A stretch of 60,613 nucleotides of DNA from Pseudomonadota bacterium (lineage in GTDB: Bacteria; Pseudomonadota; Gammaproteobacteria; Chromatiales; Chromatiaceae). This document shows positions 16,658 to 28,102 of this stretch, in pieces. The position numbers were made by a program, and so were the translations under genes. The stretch lies in NCBI GenBank assembly GCA_052035915.1, contig JBPOHE010000007.1, forward strand, positions 1 through 60,613. Reading direction: 5' to 3'. Every line of letters begins with the position of its first letter. Position 1 is the stretch's first letter. The notes under the pieces are model-generated. The model had not been told where the DNA came from. It saw nothing but the letters and a program-made list of their open reading frames with translations, and searched no databases.

Positions 16658-17638
16658 TCAGTGCCAGACCCCGGCGATGGGCTGTTGACAACTCGGGCAG
16701 CGACCATCGGCGGTCAGATGATTGGCGATGACCCGCATGCCGCTGCGTTGGACCAACAGGGTGCCGTCCCTTGGGCAGAAGGTGGATTCCGCTTCGTGCC
16801 CGAAAAGATTGCCGATATAGACATGATGCAGTCCCGCGTCCCGCGCCTCCTCCCGCGCCCGCACCAGGCTGGTCTCCGGCGTCGGCGGCAGGCTGCGCAT
16901 GCGGTACATGGGCACGAAGCGCAGGAAATGCAGCGGCGTATCCGCCCCCAGTTCGTCCCGCATCCAGCGCGCCAGGCGCCGCACCAGGGCCATATCGTCG
17001 TTGAGACTGGGGATCATGAGATTGGAGACTTCGAGCCAGACCTTTTCCTCACGAAAGATCACCATGGCGTCCAGCACCGGCTTGAGGCTGCCGCTGCACA
17101 CCCGGCGGTAGAAGCCGTCGTCGAAGGCCTTGATGTCCAGGGTGGTGGCGTCGAGCCAGCGGCAGAGTTCGCGCAGGGGTTTGGGGTTGATGTAGCCGGC
17201 GGTGACGAAAACATTGTTCAGCCCCTTGGCCTTCGCCAGCTCGGCGCTATCCCGCACATATTCGTAGAAGACGATGGGATCGTTGTAGGTATAGGCCAGC
17301 CCCTGGCAATGACGATCCAGCGCCTCTTGCACCAGACCGGCGGGCGGCAGGGAGTAGATCTGTTCCATCTCCTCGCCGCCGCGCTGGGAGAGTTGCCAGT
17401 TCTGGCAATTGAGGCAATGCAGGTTGCAGCCGGCGGTGCCGATGGAAAACACCGAGGTGGTCGGGCGGAAATGATAGAAGGGTTTCTTTTCGATGGGGTC
17501 GATGTGGACCGCCGAGGGGCGTCCATAGGTGGTCGCCCGCAGTTTCCCCTCGATATTGACCCGCACCCGGCAGTCCCCCGCCGCCCCTTCGGGGATGACG
17601 CAGAGACGGGGACAGAGTTCGCACTGGACCTTGGACAC
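16658..17638 (-). CDS. AmmeMemoRadiSam system radical SAM enzyme
   Basis: 326 aa with the radical-SAM cluster motif GCNLHCLNCQNW. An N-terminal Cys-rich region (CELCPRLCVIPEGAAGDCRVR) and a C-terminal CPRDG...CPSC are typical of this family. It sits beside the Memo/AMMECR1 genes. Confidence 0.85.
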   Translation of the reverse strand: MSKVQCELCPRLCVIPEGAAGDCRVRVNIEGKLRATTYGRPSAVHIDPIEKKPFYHFRPTTSVFSIGTAGCNLHCLNCQNWQLSQRGGEEMEQIYSLPPAGLVQEALDRHCQGLAYTYNDPIVFYEYVRDSAELAKAKGLNNVFVTAGYINPKPLRELCRWLDATTLDIKAFDDGFYRRVCSGSLKPVLDAMVIFREEKVWLEVSNLMIPSLNDDMALVRRLARWMRDELGADTPLHFLRFVPMYRMRSLPPTPETSLVRAREEARDAGLHHVYIGNLFGHEAESTFCPRDGTLLVQRSGMRVIANHLTADGRCPSCQQPIAGVWH

Positions 17639-17689
17639 GCTGTTCGAGACCTGGGAATCAGGGAGCCGTGTTTAATTTTAGACCGTTGA

Positions 17690-17932
17690 TCAGCGCGGCC
17701 GTTCGCGCCCCGCTTCCACCGGCTTGGACCAGAGCGCCTCACGCATCTGTAACTCCCCCGATTGCAGCCGCCGCGCCAGGGCCTCGGTATCGATGCGGCG
17801 CCAGCCGCCCACCGGGGCCATCTCTTCCTGACCGCTGGCGAGAAACAGCCCAATGGCGATCAGGTTGGCGAGAACGAAGCCGAGAAACCTGAATTCGCGC
17901 GGGCGGAGATGGCGCCAGAGAAGAGCTTTCAT
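17690..17932 (-). CDS. small single-pass membrane protein (80 aa)
   Basis: The ORF has a 4-nt overlap with the upstream giant gene. It has one hydrophobic helix (FLGFVLANLIAIGLFLA). No homology recognised. Confidence 0.5.
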   Translation of the reverse strand: MKALLWRHLRPREFRFLGFVLANLIAIGLFLASGQEEMAPVGGWRRIDTEALARRLQSGELQMREALWSKPVEAGRERPR

Positions 17933-20900
17933 GGCCTTCGAGTATAGGCTTCAGGCGGGATCACAGGATGTTCCTGGCCCAGTGCCGGCTCGCTCGGTTT
18001 CCGCGGCCTGAGCCTGGTGTCCCTGGCGGTGAGACAGCGGTTGCAGTGGATGCAGTCGATATCCAGCGCTTCCTGCACCCCGAGATCGCAGTGTTCGATC
18101 CGCCGTTGCGGGGCAAACCGCCGCAGCAGGGCGATCTTGTTGCCGAGGGCGACGAAGGCGCCGAAGGGACAGAAATAGCGGCACCAGAAGCGATAGTAGA
18201 ACAGCGAGCCCAAGAGACTGACGGCGATGACGCCCCCCATCCAGCCCCGCCAGTGGCCGCCGAAACAATGCTGCATCGGGTTGAAGGTGGCCCAGATCTC
18301 CTCACCGCCGATCCAGACCCCCAGCAGCACCAGCGCCAGCAACAGGAACTTGAGATAGCGCAGCCGCGACTCCAACGTCCGCTCCGGGTAGCTGCGCAGA
18401 CGCAGCCAGCGGCCCAGGCGGGAGATGAACTCCTGGAGCGCGCCGAAAGGACAGACATAGCCGCACCAGACCTGACCGAACAAGAGCGCGGTCAGGCCGA
18501 CGAAGCCGAGCAGCAGCCAGCGCAGGGGGTTGGTGGCCAGGTCGGAGAGCCGCCCCTGACTCAGGTTGACCAGGTCGATCTCAGTCACCAGGGTATTCAG
18601 CCAGAGGCCCAGCACCAGCAGAGTCGCCGCCTGGAACAGCAGCCGCGCCGGTTCCGATCCCGAGAGATAGACCGGGAAAAAGATCAGCAACAGCGCCAGG
18701 CTGGTCAAAAATCCCGGGCTAAGCCAGGCCGGGGCGGTTTCGATCTCGGCCTGGGGGGCGAAGCTGCTACCGAAGACCTCCCGACCCGCCAGGCGGGCGG
18801 CCTGGTTGATCGTTTCCAGGGCCGCGCGGCTGCTGACCGTGGCCCCGCTGAGACCATCCAGGCGTTGCAGGCTCAGCGGCGGCTCGGTCAGGCTGTGTCC
18901 CGCCAGTCGCTCCAGCCAGGTGTCGATGCCGGCGACATAGGCGGGGGTCTCGTTCGAGCCCAGATAGCGCACCCCCCGCAGCCGACCCTGTCGATCGAAC
19001 GACACCAGCAGGTCGATGGGACCGGCGTAGCCCCGGATATCTCCGGCCACCGCCCGGGTCGCCAGGCTCACCGTCTCCCCCGCCTCGCCGCCCTGACCGA
19101 GATAATGGGGGAAGGGTCGCTCCCGTAGCTCGAAGCTGGCCGAACCACTGAGTCTCGCCAGGGTGACATCGTCGAAATGGAGTTGCGGACCGGGTTGAGC
19201 GGCGCGATTGAGCAACATGAGCACAAAGCTGGTGAGCACCAGAAACCCCAGTCCCCAGCTCAGGCCCTGATAGGGAAAGGCCCGCCCGCCTCTCGCCACC
19301 AGCGCCGGGAGGCGCTCCGGGGCATATTCGGCGAAGAGCAGGGGGACGCAGACCAGTAGCGCCATCATCGCCAGCACCCAAGCCGTCCCCGCCACCCCGA
19401 GCAAAGGCACCATGAGCGCCCCGGTCAACAGGCCGCCGAGCGCCCCGCCCAGGCTGTCCGCCGCCTCGATGAGACCACTGGACTGCACCGTCTCCTCGGT
19501 ATCCAGATGGGCCAGATGCACCCCCAGGGGGAAACCGGCGCCGGTGACCAGCCCCGCCAGACCGCACAGCCCGAGATAGACCGCCTCCTGAGCCCCGGCC
19601 CCCAGGCCGTCGAGAAACTCGAAGCCCGCGGGCAAAGCGGCGCAACCGGCGGCGATGACCAACATCAGACCGATCAGCGCCAAGCCGGGACGGCGCCGCC
19701 GGGGCAGCGAGCGCCCGAACACCCCGGCGCCGATCACCAGCCCGGTCATGAAGAGCCCATTGAGCAGGGCTATCCGGCTGAAGACAAAGCCCAGATGGGC
19801 CTGGTAGGCGAACAGCAGACAGAGCTGCACCGCCATGGCGATCAATCCCTGCACCGCCAGGGCGAGGATCGCCGCCCATCTCCGGGTACGGCGTCGTGGG
19901 GCTCCGGCGAGGGCGGACTTGAGCATCAAGAGCCAGACCATCACCCCCAGGGGCACCAGGTAGGGCCAGGGGCCCAGGGCCCGCGCCGACTCCAGCCAGG
20001 TCACCAGGGCCGAGGCGGTGAACTTCCCCCAGAGCAGCATGTTGAGGTAATAGGTCAGGGGGCGGGCATCGGTATTGATCTCCGCCTCCTCTTGTTCGAG
20101 TTGGGAGCGCACATAGGCGATCCGCCCCGGGTCCAGCAGGTTGTGGAATGAAGTAGCGGGGAAACGGTGTTCGTCCAGAGGCACCACCAGATAACGCCGG
20201 GACAGCTCCCAGGCGTCTTCGGTCACCCGTTCCGCCAGGGCGGCGGCGCAATAGAGGTGCTGATCCCCGGGGGCGATGGCGATGAAGGGCCACACCGGCT
20301 TCAGGCTGTGATAGACCGAGGCGCTGTAACTCTTCACCTCCCGCCCGAGATAGTTGGAGGCGCTGCTCACCGCCGTGCAGAACACCCCTTCCGGCGTCAT
20401 GAGATGCTGAATACGCCGATAAAACTCCAGGGTGAAATAACGATTGCCGTGGGCGCTGCTGGGGTCGTCGCGCAACACCAGCACCAGGTCATAGGGAGAC
20501 GGCTCCCGCGGTTCCTTGAGAAAACGCCGCCCATCCATGAACACCAGCCGCACCCGGGGGTCCTTCAAGGCCGCCTGGGTGACCTCGGGTAAGTGTGGTC
20601 GCATGCGCTCGAAGGCGAGCTGGTCCTGCTCGATCAGATCGATCCGCTCGACCGGATAACGCAACAGGGCCTCGACCAGCCCGCCGGCGCTGCCGCCGAA
20701 CAAGAGCAGCCGTTTCGGCGCCTCGGCCTGGGAATAGACATAGGCGGCTTCCTGGTCGGCTTCCCGTTGCGCCGGAAAACTCTCGCCGATGCGTCCGTCG
20801 GCGACCAGGGAAAACTGGTCGCCGGTGCGTCCCAGAGCGAGATGACCGTATCTGGTCTCCACCGCGTCCACCCATTGCAGCGCCGGTTGCAGGGTGGCGA

Positions 20901-21621
20901 ACCTCAGCGCCTCCAGCCTCGGCTCCAACCAGGAACTCAGGGGGGTGAAGCCCAGGGCGAGTCCCATCGTCAGCACCAGAGCCAATCCCAGCCGCCGCCA
21001 GCCGCCGCTCCCCAAGGGCCAGGCCGTCAACCCCAATAAGAGCGCCACCACCCCCAGGGTGCGCCAGGTCCCCAGCCATTCGACAAAGACGAAGGTGAAC
21101 AGAAGCCCTCCCAGCAGCGCCCCGATGGCCTCGAAGATATAGAGGCCGGAAACCGCGCCCAGGGTGCCGGGGAGATCCTGATCCGCCTGCCGATCCGGAC
21201 GCAGACCCCGCGCCGCCAAGGGAAAGGCGAGACCGATCAGGATACCGGCGGGCGCCACCACCAGGGCGATGGCGACGAACACCTGTCCGAGAGGGATGAG
21301 TTCGGTCGGCGAGACATCCAGCAACAGCCGCACCCCCCGGGTCACCAGGATCTGCCCGGCGAGCACCAGCGGCAATAACAACAGCGTCCCGCTCAACACC
21401 GGCAGCGGCTGCCGCACCCAGTCCCGCTCCCGCCAATACACCACCAGCGCCGAACCGACGGCGATCCAGAACAACCAACTGCCGTAGAAGGCCCCCAGGG
21501 TGACCTCGTTGCCATAGAACACCACCAGGCACTCGCGGATGAGCATCGCCTGGCTGAGCTGGGAATAGACCCCGAGCACCAAGAGGGTCAGAAAGAGATT
21601 GTGTTGCCTGCGATGGACCAT
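17929..21621 (-). CDS. giant polytopic fusion protein: spermidine-synthase-like module + FMN-binding domain + CX3CP/ferredoxin-type (NosR/NapH-like) membrane module
   Basis: Start set at the ATG at 21621 (MVHRRQHNLF; GGGGAGGGG upstream), giving about 1230 aa. The N-terminal TM bundle plus LLLFGGSAGGLVEALLRY...DLVLVLRDDPSS matches the fused-MFS/spermidine-synthase type. Next comes LDGLSGATVSSRA, the S-G-A-T covalent-FMN motif of FMN_bind domains. Then come TM helices with CGYVCPFGALQE and WCRYFCPFGAF (CX3CP), and a terminal CIHCNRC ferredoxin-like motif. Confidence 0.75.
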   Translation of the reverse strand: MVHRRQHNLFLTLLVLGVYSQLSQAMLIRECLVVFYGNEVTLGAFYGSWLFWIAVGSALVVYWRERDWVRQPLPVLSGTLLLLPLVLAGQILVTRGVRLLLDVSPTELIPLGQVFVAIALVVAPAGILIGLAFPLAARGLRPDRQADQDLPGTLGAVSGLYIFEAIGALLGGLLFTFVFVEWLGTWRTLGVVALLLGLTAWPLGSGGWRRLGLALVLTMGLALGFTPLSSWLEPRLEALRFATLQPALQWVDAVETRYGHLALGRTGDQFSLVADGRIGESFPAQREADQEAAYVYSQAEAPKRLLLFGGSAGGLVEALLRYPVERIDLIEQDQLAFERMRPHLPEVTQAALKDPRVRLVFMDGRRFLKEPREPSPYDLVLVLRDDPSSAHGNRYFTLEFYRRIQHLMTPEGVFCTAVSSASNYLGREVKSYSASVYHSLKPVWPFIAIAPGDQHLYCAAALAERVTEDAWELSRRYLVVPLDEHRFPATSFHNLLDPGRIAYVRSQLEQEEAEINTDARPLTYYLNMLLWGKFTASALVTWLESARALGPWPYLVPLGVMVWLLMLKSALAGAPRRRTRRWAAILALAVQGLIAMAVQLCLLFAYQAHLGFVFSRIALLNGLFMTGLVIGAGVFGRSLPRRRRPGLALIGLMLVIAAGCAALPAGFEFLDGLGAGAQEAVYLGLCGLAGLVTGAGFPLGVHLAHLDTEETVQSSGLIEAADSLGGALGGLLTGALMVPLLGVAGTAWVLAMMALLVCVPLLFAEYAPERLPALVARGGRAFPYQGLSWGLGFLVLTSFVLMLLNRAAQPGPQLHFDDVTLARLSGSASFELRERPFPHYLGQGGEAGETVSLATRAVAGDIRGYAGPIDLLVSFDRQGRLRGVRYLGSNETPAYVAGIDTWLERLAGHSLTEPPLSLQRLDGLSGATVSSRAALETINQAARLAGREVFGSSFAPQAEIETAPAWLSPGFLTSLALLLIFFPVYLSGSEPARLLFQAATLLVLGLWLNTLVTEIDLVNLSQGRLSDLATNPLRWLLLGFVGLTALLFGQVWCGYVCPFGALQEFISRLGRWLRLRSYPERTLESRLRYLKFLLLALVLLGVWIGGEEIWATFNPMQHCFGGHWRGWMGGVIAVSLLGSLFYYRFWCRYFCPFGAFVALGNKIALLRRFAPQRRIEHCDLGVQEALDIDCIHCNRCLTARDTRLRPRKPSEPALGQEHPVIPPEAYTRRP

Positions 21622-21729
21622 GATCCCCTCCCCTTGCGGGAAAGTATGGCCCGTTCCGGCGGCTCTGGAAGAGACCGCGGGCCGGGAGGCTCCGTTCATG
21701 GCAAGCCTGTCGAACCACTCGTGGATCGT

Positions 21730-21846
21730 CCGGGCACAGCCGCCTGAAGGAAGATATTTGTTCTCAAAAAGAGAACAATAAGCATATTTGACAGGCTATT
21801 ATTCTCTTATTAAGAACACTTTTGAGGCCAATTCGGTCCATGCCCG
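21730..21846. repeat. MITE-like repeat family B copy
   Basis: Ends are CCGGGCA...TGCCCG. The core has TGTTCTCAAAAAGAGAACA (21759-21777) and ATTCTCTTATTAAGAACA. It lies about 110 nt upstream of the AmmeMemoRadiSam operon start. Confidence 0.65.
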
Positions 21847-22169
21847 AGCCGTTTCGAGGTTTTCTCTATTCCGCTCCGGGTTGTTGTCCGAGCGACCAGG
21901 GTCAGCCACTCGGTCGGGCCTCCGGGTCCGATATCAGTGATGGAGCTCGGACGGGGTCCGACGTTTGAAATATCGTCCTGGAGTTGTCGGGCTGTAGCTG
22001 TACCCAAGACTCCCCGCCGGTGCCATGTGGAGAAGGGGGATTTTCTGGCCTGAACCCCCGCGGCCAGGATGGCCCGGACCTTTCATGGACGCCATCGGAC
22101 CAATCTGAGAAAATGCGCACGTTTCGCTAGTCGCTGAATTTGGCGAACAGCGGTTTTTCCATGGATCGA

Positions 22170-22192
22170 GCCGGGATCACCCCGGCTTTTTT
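22170..22192 (+). terminator. intrinsic-terminator-like hairpin (GCCGGG-atcac-CCCGGC + TTTTTT) with no upstream ORF
   Basis: Seen directly. It is plus-strand oriented (the U-run only follows on plus). It ends 14 nt before the DUF2065 ATG, and there is no credible plus-strand CDS in 21850-22170. Confidence 0.45.
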
Positions 22193-22206
22193 GTGAAACT
22201 TTGTCC

Positions 22207-22395
22207 ATGTCCCACGAACTCTGGATCGCCTTTGCCCTGCTCCTGGTCATCGAAGGCATCTGGCCCTTCTTGAGCCCAGGGAGCTTCCGCAACATGTTGG
22301 CCAACATGGCCCAGCAAGAGGATACATTGATCAGAACCCTGGGTTTCATCAGCATGGTCGTCGGCGTCGTGCTCCTGTATATCGTCAACGGCTAG
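22207..22395 (+). CDS. DUF2065 (YjeT-like) small membrane protein
   Basis: MSHELWIAFALLLVIEGIWPFLSPGSFRNML... matches the YjeT family pattern. Its position upstream of hisZ-purA matches known gammaproteobacterial synteny. An alternative TTG start lies at 22201. Confidence 0.75.
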   Translation: MSHELWIAFALLLVIEGIWPFLSPGSFRNMLANMAQQEDTLIRTLGFISMVVGVVLLYIVNG

Positions 22396-22405
22396 CCGGA
22401 CCCCC

Positions 22406-24918
<2,513 letters not shown>

Positions 24919-24928
24919 TTCCCGCTCC

Positions 24929-24956
24929 GGATCTCCGGCCCGAGAGCCGGAGATCC
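24929..24956 (+). terminator. 11-bp-stem hairpin after purA
   Basis: GGATCTCCGGC-ccgaga-GCCGGAGATCC lies 10 nt after the purA stop. The trailing tract is C/T-rich rather than a clean U-run. Confidence 0.45.
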
Positions 24957-25083
24957 CCCTTCCCTATCGGATTGACACCGGCGTCGCCGGGCGCTGATTA
25001 TCCGGCGATTGCGCAGAAGCAAGGACGACCACGGCCATCGGCCCTTACACTTGGATCTCCTCCACGCGGGAAAGGGCCGCCCC

Positions 25084-25635
25084 ATGCTCTACCAGATCGA
25101 AGAACAGATTCGCCGCCAGGCGAAGACACCCCATGAACTCTTCATGCTCAATCTGGCCGTCTTTCACCTGCTGCTGGCACCGGCGGCCATCGTACTCAAG
25201 ATCGGCATCCTGGGATTTTTCGTCCCCCTGTCCGCCTCCCTGGGTCTGATCGGCTTCACCTATTGGCGCAGCCGAGAAACCAGGCCGGATCGACCCTGGT
25301 TCGTCAAGGTGCATTGGAAGCTGGCCTCCCGGCGCAGCCGGATCCTGCTCATCGCCTATGTCCTGAGCGGGAGCCTCCTGGGCCTCGGGCTCTTGGTCGC
25401 CTCCGGGGCCGACAAACACACCACCCAGGACATCATCACCACGGTCTTCGCCCGGATTGCCGTTTTTCCCGTGCTCGTCGCCGTGATGCTCGGCTTCGTC
25501 CTGGAGTCGGGGGCCATCTACCAGGCCACCAAGGGTGAGGTGCCCGACTTCATGATCAAGACGAACCCAGCCCCGGCGGATCTGCCGAGCCTGACGCCGA
25601 CGGCGGAAGAACCCTCTGTCGATCCCACCGCCTGA
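25084..25635 (+). CDS. hypothetical polytopic membrane protein (183 aa)
   Basis: Start set at ATG 25084 (MLYQIEEQIRRQ). Four hydrophobic segments. No family recognised. Confidence 0.6.
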   Translation: MLYQIEEQIRRQAKTPHELFMLNLAVFHLLLAPAAIVLKIGILGFFVPLSASLGLIGFTYWRSRETRPDRPWFVKVHWKLASRRSRILLIAYVLSGSLLGLGLLVASGADKHTTQDIITTVFARIAVFPVLVAVMLGFVLESGAIYQATKGEVPDFMIKTNPAPADLPSLTPTAEEPSVDPTA

Positions 25636-25647
25636 CCACCCTTAGAA

Positions 25648-25727
25648 GCAGAGTAGGTCGGCAATCCTTTGCCGACACCCCTTGATCGGCATCAAATGGC
25701 GGCAAGGGGTTGCCGCCCTACGAACTC
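25648..25727 (+). repeat. REP-like repeat family C, copy 1 (about 80 bp, two short hairpins)
   Basis: GCAGAGTAGGTCGGCAATCCTTTGCCGAC...GATCGGCATCAAATGGCGGCAAGGGGTTGCCGCCCTACGA. The hairpins are GTCGGCAA-tcct-TTGCCGAC and GGCGGCAA-gggg-TTGCCGCC. Confidence 0.8.
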
Positions 25728-25845
25728 CCCAGGGTGGCGGCCACAGGCCCGGCCAGGGCCTGGTCTACAATGGAGCTATGGAGGGAGCGGGTTTGTCGAC
25801 TAGCCCGACCCCCGGACGATCCATTCTTCTAGAGGAGAGACCCTC

Positions 25846-26319
25846 ATGACCGTGGCCACGAAACTTCAAACCTATCTAGATGAGATGGGTGAGGGTTATG
25901 AGCTGATCCGCCACCCTCATAGCCATTGCAGCATGGAAAGCGCGGCGTCCGCCCATATCCCGGGAGACAATCTGGCGAAAGGGATAGTGCTGCGGGATAC
26001 CCAGGGACATGTATTGCTGGTGGTGCTCCCCGCGGATTTTCATGTCAACCTCAAGCAACTCGGTACCTTGCTGCAGCGGGAAGTCCATCTGGTGGACGAA
26101 GAGGAACTCGGATCGCTGTTTCCAGACTGCGCCCTCGGGGCCATCCCGCCCATAGGTCCGGCCTATGCCCTGCCGACCATCTGGGATCGGGTGCTGGGCG
26201 ATAAGGAAACCGTCTTTTTCGAGGCGGGCGATCATGAATCCCTGGTCAAGGTGAGCGGCCGCGTCTTCCATGAACTCATGGCCCCGGCGGAGCGGGCCCA
26301 TTTCAGCCGGCATCTGTAG
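25846..26319 (+). CDS. YbaK/EbsC-type aminoacyl-tRNA deacylase domain protein
   Basis: 157 aa with ...AKGIVLRDTQGHVLLVVLPADFHVNLKQL...LGAIPPIGP...FFEAGDH, the pattern of the YbaK/ProX editing-domain family. Confidence 0.7.
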   Translation: MTVATKLQTYLDEMGEGYELIRHPHSHCSMESAASAHIPGDNLAKGIVLRDTQGHVLLVVLPADFHVNLKQLGTLLQREVHLVDEEELGSLFPDCALGAIPPIGPAYALPTIWDRVLGDKETVFFEAGDHESLVKVSGRVFHELMAPAERAHFSRHL

Positions 26320-26415
26320 CCCGCTTTTCTCGCCAGTCGTCCAGGGCGGGGACCGAGCCTGAAGCCGCCGACGGGAGAAAGCCCCGGCAGAGAGGGATAT
26401 CAGCGCTCGGAGGCT

Positions 26416-26532
26416 CCGGGCCTGGGCTGAAAAGCGCTGGTTTCTGTTCTCATTAGGAGAACAATGCGGCCTGTAGAAAGGCATTGTTCTCGATTGGAGA
26501 ACAAAAAACCGGGCCAAAGCGCCCTGGCCCGG
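26416..26532. repeat. MITE-like repeat family B copy (best-preserved)
   Basis: Ends are CCGGGCCTGGGC ... GCCCTGGCCCGG. The two palindromes are TGTTCTCATTAGGAGAACA (26445-26463) and TTGTTCTCGATTGGAGAACAA (26484-26504). It lies between convergent genes. Confidence 0.75.
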
Positions 26533-26812
26533 AAGCGTCAAAAGACGAACTGGCCGGCCATGAAGGTCGCCGCCAGGCCCGCCTGGCCGGCGGCGAACCT
26601 GATGGCTCCAACGACTCCGGCTCCGTCCCGACCTCCCAGGGCTCATCTTCCCAGGCCAGCCAGGCCTCCATCCGCTGTTGTCGCGCGTCCCTCTCCAATT
26701 GGCGCCGATCCCTGTGCGCCCCGCCCTTGCGCAGCAAGGGCGATTTGGCCGCCAGATTACGTATCTTCACCCCTTTCATACTTTCTCTCCCAAGGCCACT
26801 GAAAGCCTTCAC

Positions 26813-28009
26813 TCACCCCTTCACGCACACCAGCTGTTTCAAGGTGTGCACCACTTCCACCAGGTCGGTCTGATTGGCCATCACCTGGTCGATGTCTTTA
26901 TAGGCGCCGGGGATCTCGTCGATCACCCCGCCGTCCTTGCGGCACTCGATCCCCTGGGTCTGGGCGGCCAGGTCGTCGGTGCTGAATTTCCGCTTCGCCG
27001 CATGGCGGCTCATGCGCCGGCCCGCGCCGTGAGAGCAGGAGCAAAAGGACTCCGGGTTGCCGAGACCGCGCACCACATAGCTTCTGGCCCCCATGCTGCC
27101 GGGAATGATGCCGAGCTGGTCCGCGTAGGCGGCGATGGCCCCCTTGCGGGTCAGGTAGACCTTGGCCCCGTAGTGCTCCTCGAGGCTCACGTAGTTGTGA
27201 TGGCAGTTCACCGCCTCCTTGGTGGCCTCGAAGGGGGGCAGCACCGGGCGCAGGGCCTCGACGATCAGCCGCATCATCTCGCGGCGGTTGGTCATGGCGT
27301 AGTCCTGGGCCCAGTGCACCGCCTCCACGTAGTCGTCGAAGTGTTCGCTACCCTCGGTGAGATAGGCGAGGTCTTTGTCCGGCAGGGTCCCCAGCAGCTT
27401 ACCCATGTCCCGCTTGGCGAGGTCGATGAAATAGGTGCCCATCACGTTGCCGATGTTGCGGCTGCCGGAGTGCAGCATGATCCAGACCTGATCCGCCTCG
27501 TCGAGACAGATCTCGATGAAGTGGTTGCCGCCCCCCAGGGTGCCGAGCTGGCGTACCCAGGGGAGAAAGGCGCGGCTTTGCTTGCGGTTGATGCCGGGGT
27601 GCTTGGCGATGATCCGCTCCAACCGCTGATCCAGGGCGACGATGGTGGAGCGTTTCACCGGGTCGTGATCGTGCTGCTCGAACCCCACCGGCACGGCCGC
27701 CTCGATAGCGGAGCGCAGGCGATGGAGCTTGTCCGGCAACTGCTCGGCACGCAGGCCCAGGCGCACGGCGTTCATGCCGCAGCCGATGTCCACCCCCACG
27801 GCGGAGGGGATGATCGCCCCGACGGTGGGGATCACCGCGCCGATGGTGGCGCCGATACCCATGTGCACGTCCGGCATCGCCGCCACATGATGGTGAATGA
27901 AAGGGAGCTGGGCGATGTTGCCGAGCTGATCGATGGAGGCGGCGTCGATGTCGTCGGTGTAGACCTTCACCGGCGCCTTGCCTTTGTTGAGGGTCATCTT
28001 GATGGGCAT
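26813..28009 (-). CDS. rtcB: RNA 3'-phosphate ligase RtcB
   Basis: 398 aa with GGGNHFIEIC, HSGSRNIGN and the C-terminal CSCSHGAGRRMSR (guanylylated His context). No rtcA or rtcR is adjacent. Confidence 0.9.
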   Translation of the reverse strand: MPIKMTLNKGKAPVKVYTDDIDAASIDQLGNIAQLPFIHHHVAAMPDVHMGIGATIGAVIPTVGAIIPSAVGVDIGCGMNAVRLGLRAEQLPDKLHRLRSAIEAAVPVGFEQHDHDPVKRSTIVALDQRLERIIAKHPGINRKQSRAFLPWVRQLGTLGGGNHFIEICLDEADQVWIMLHSGSRNIGNVMGTYFIDLAKRDMGKLLGTLPDKDLAYLTEGSEHFDDYVEAVHWAQDYAMTNRREMMRLIVEALRPVLPPFEATKEAVNCHHNYVSLEEHYGAKVYLTRKGAIAAYADQLGIIPGSMGARSYVVRGLGNPESFCSCSHGAGRRMSRHAAKRKFSTDDLAAQTQGIECRKDGGVIDEIPGAYKDIDQVMANQTDLVEVVHTLKQLVCVKG

Positions 28010-28102
28010 TGGGGGTTCTCCAAAGGTAGCTGTTAGAATTCTATGAGCTTCTCAACCTGCGTTTGGCAGAAAGTTATTGTCTGTGGCAAGGGTAAAACAG
28101 CC

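Noticed and set aside
21759-21777. TGTTCTC-N5-GAGAACA dyads as LexA/SOS boxes, NifA/NtrC-type UAS or Fur boxes.
   Set aside because: The spacing and half-sites do not match the consensus sequences I know: CTGT-N8-ACAG, GAAC-N7-GAAC/GTTC variants, TGT-N10-ACA, and GATAAT repeats. Most copies lie between convergent genes rather than in promoters. Kept only as a repeat-family observation.
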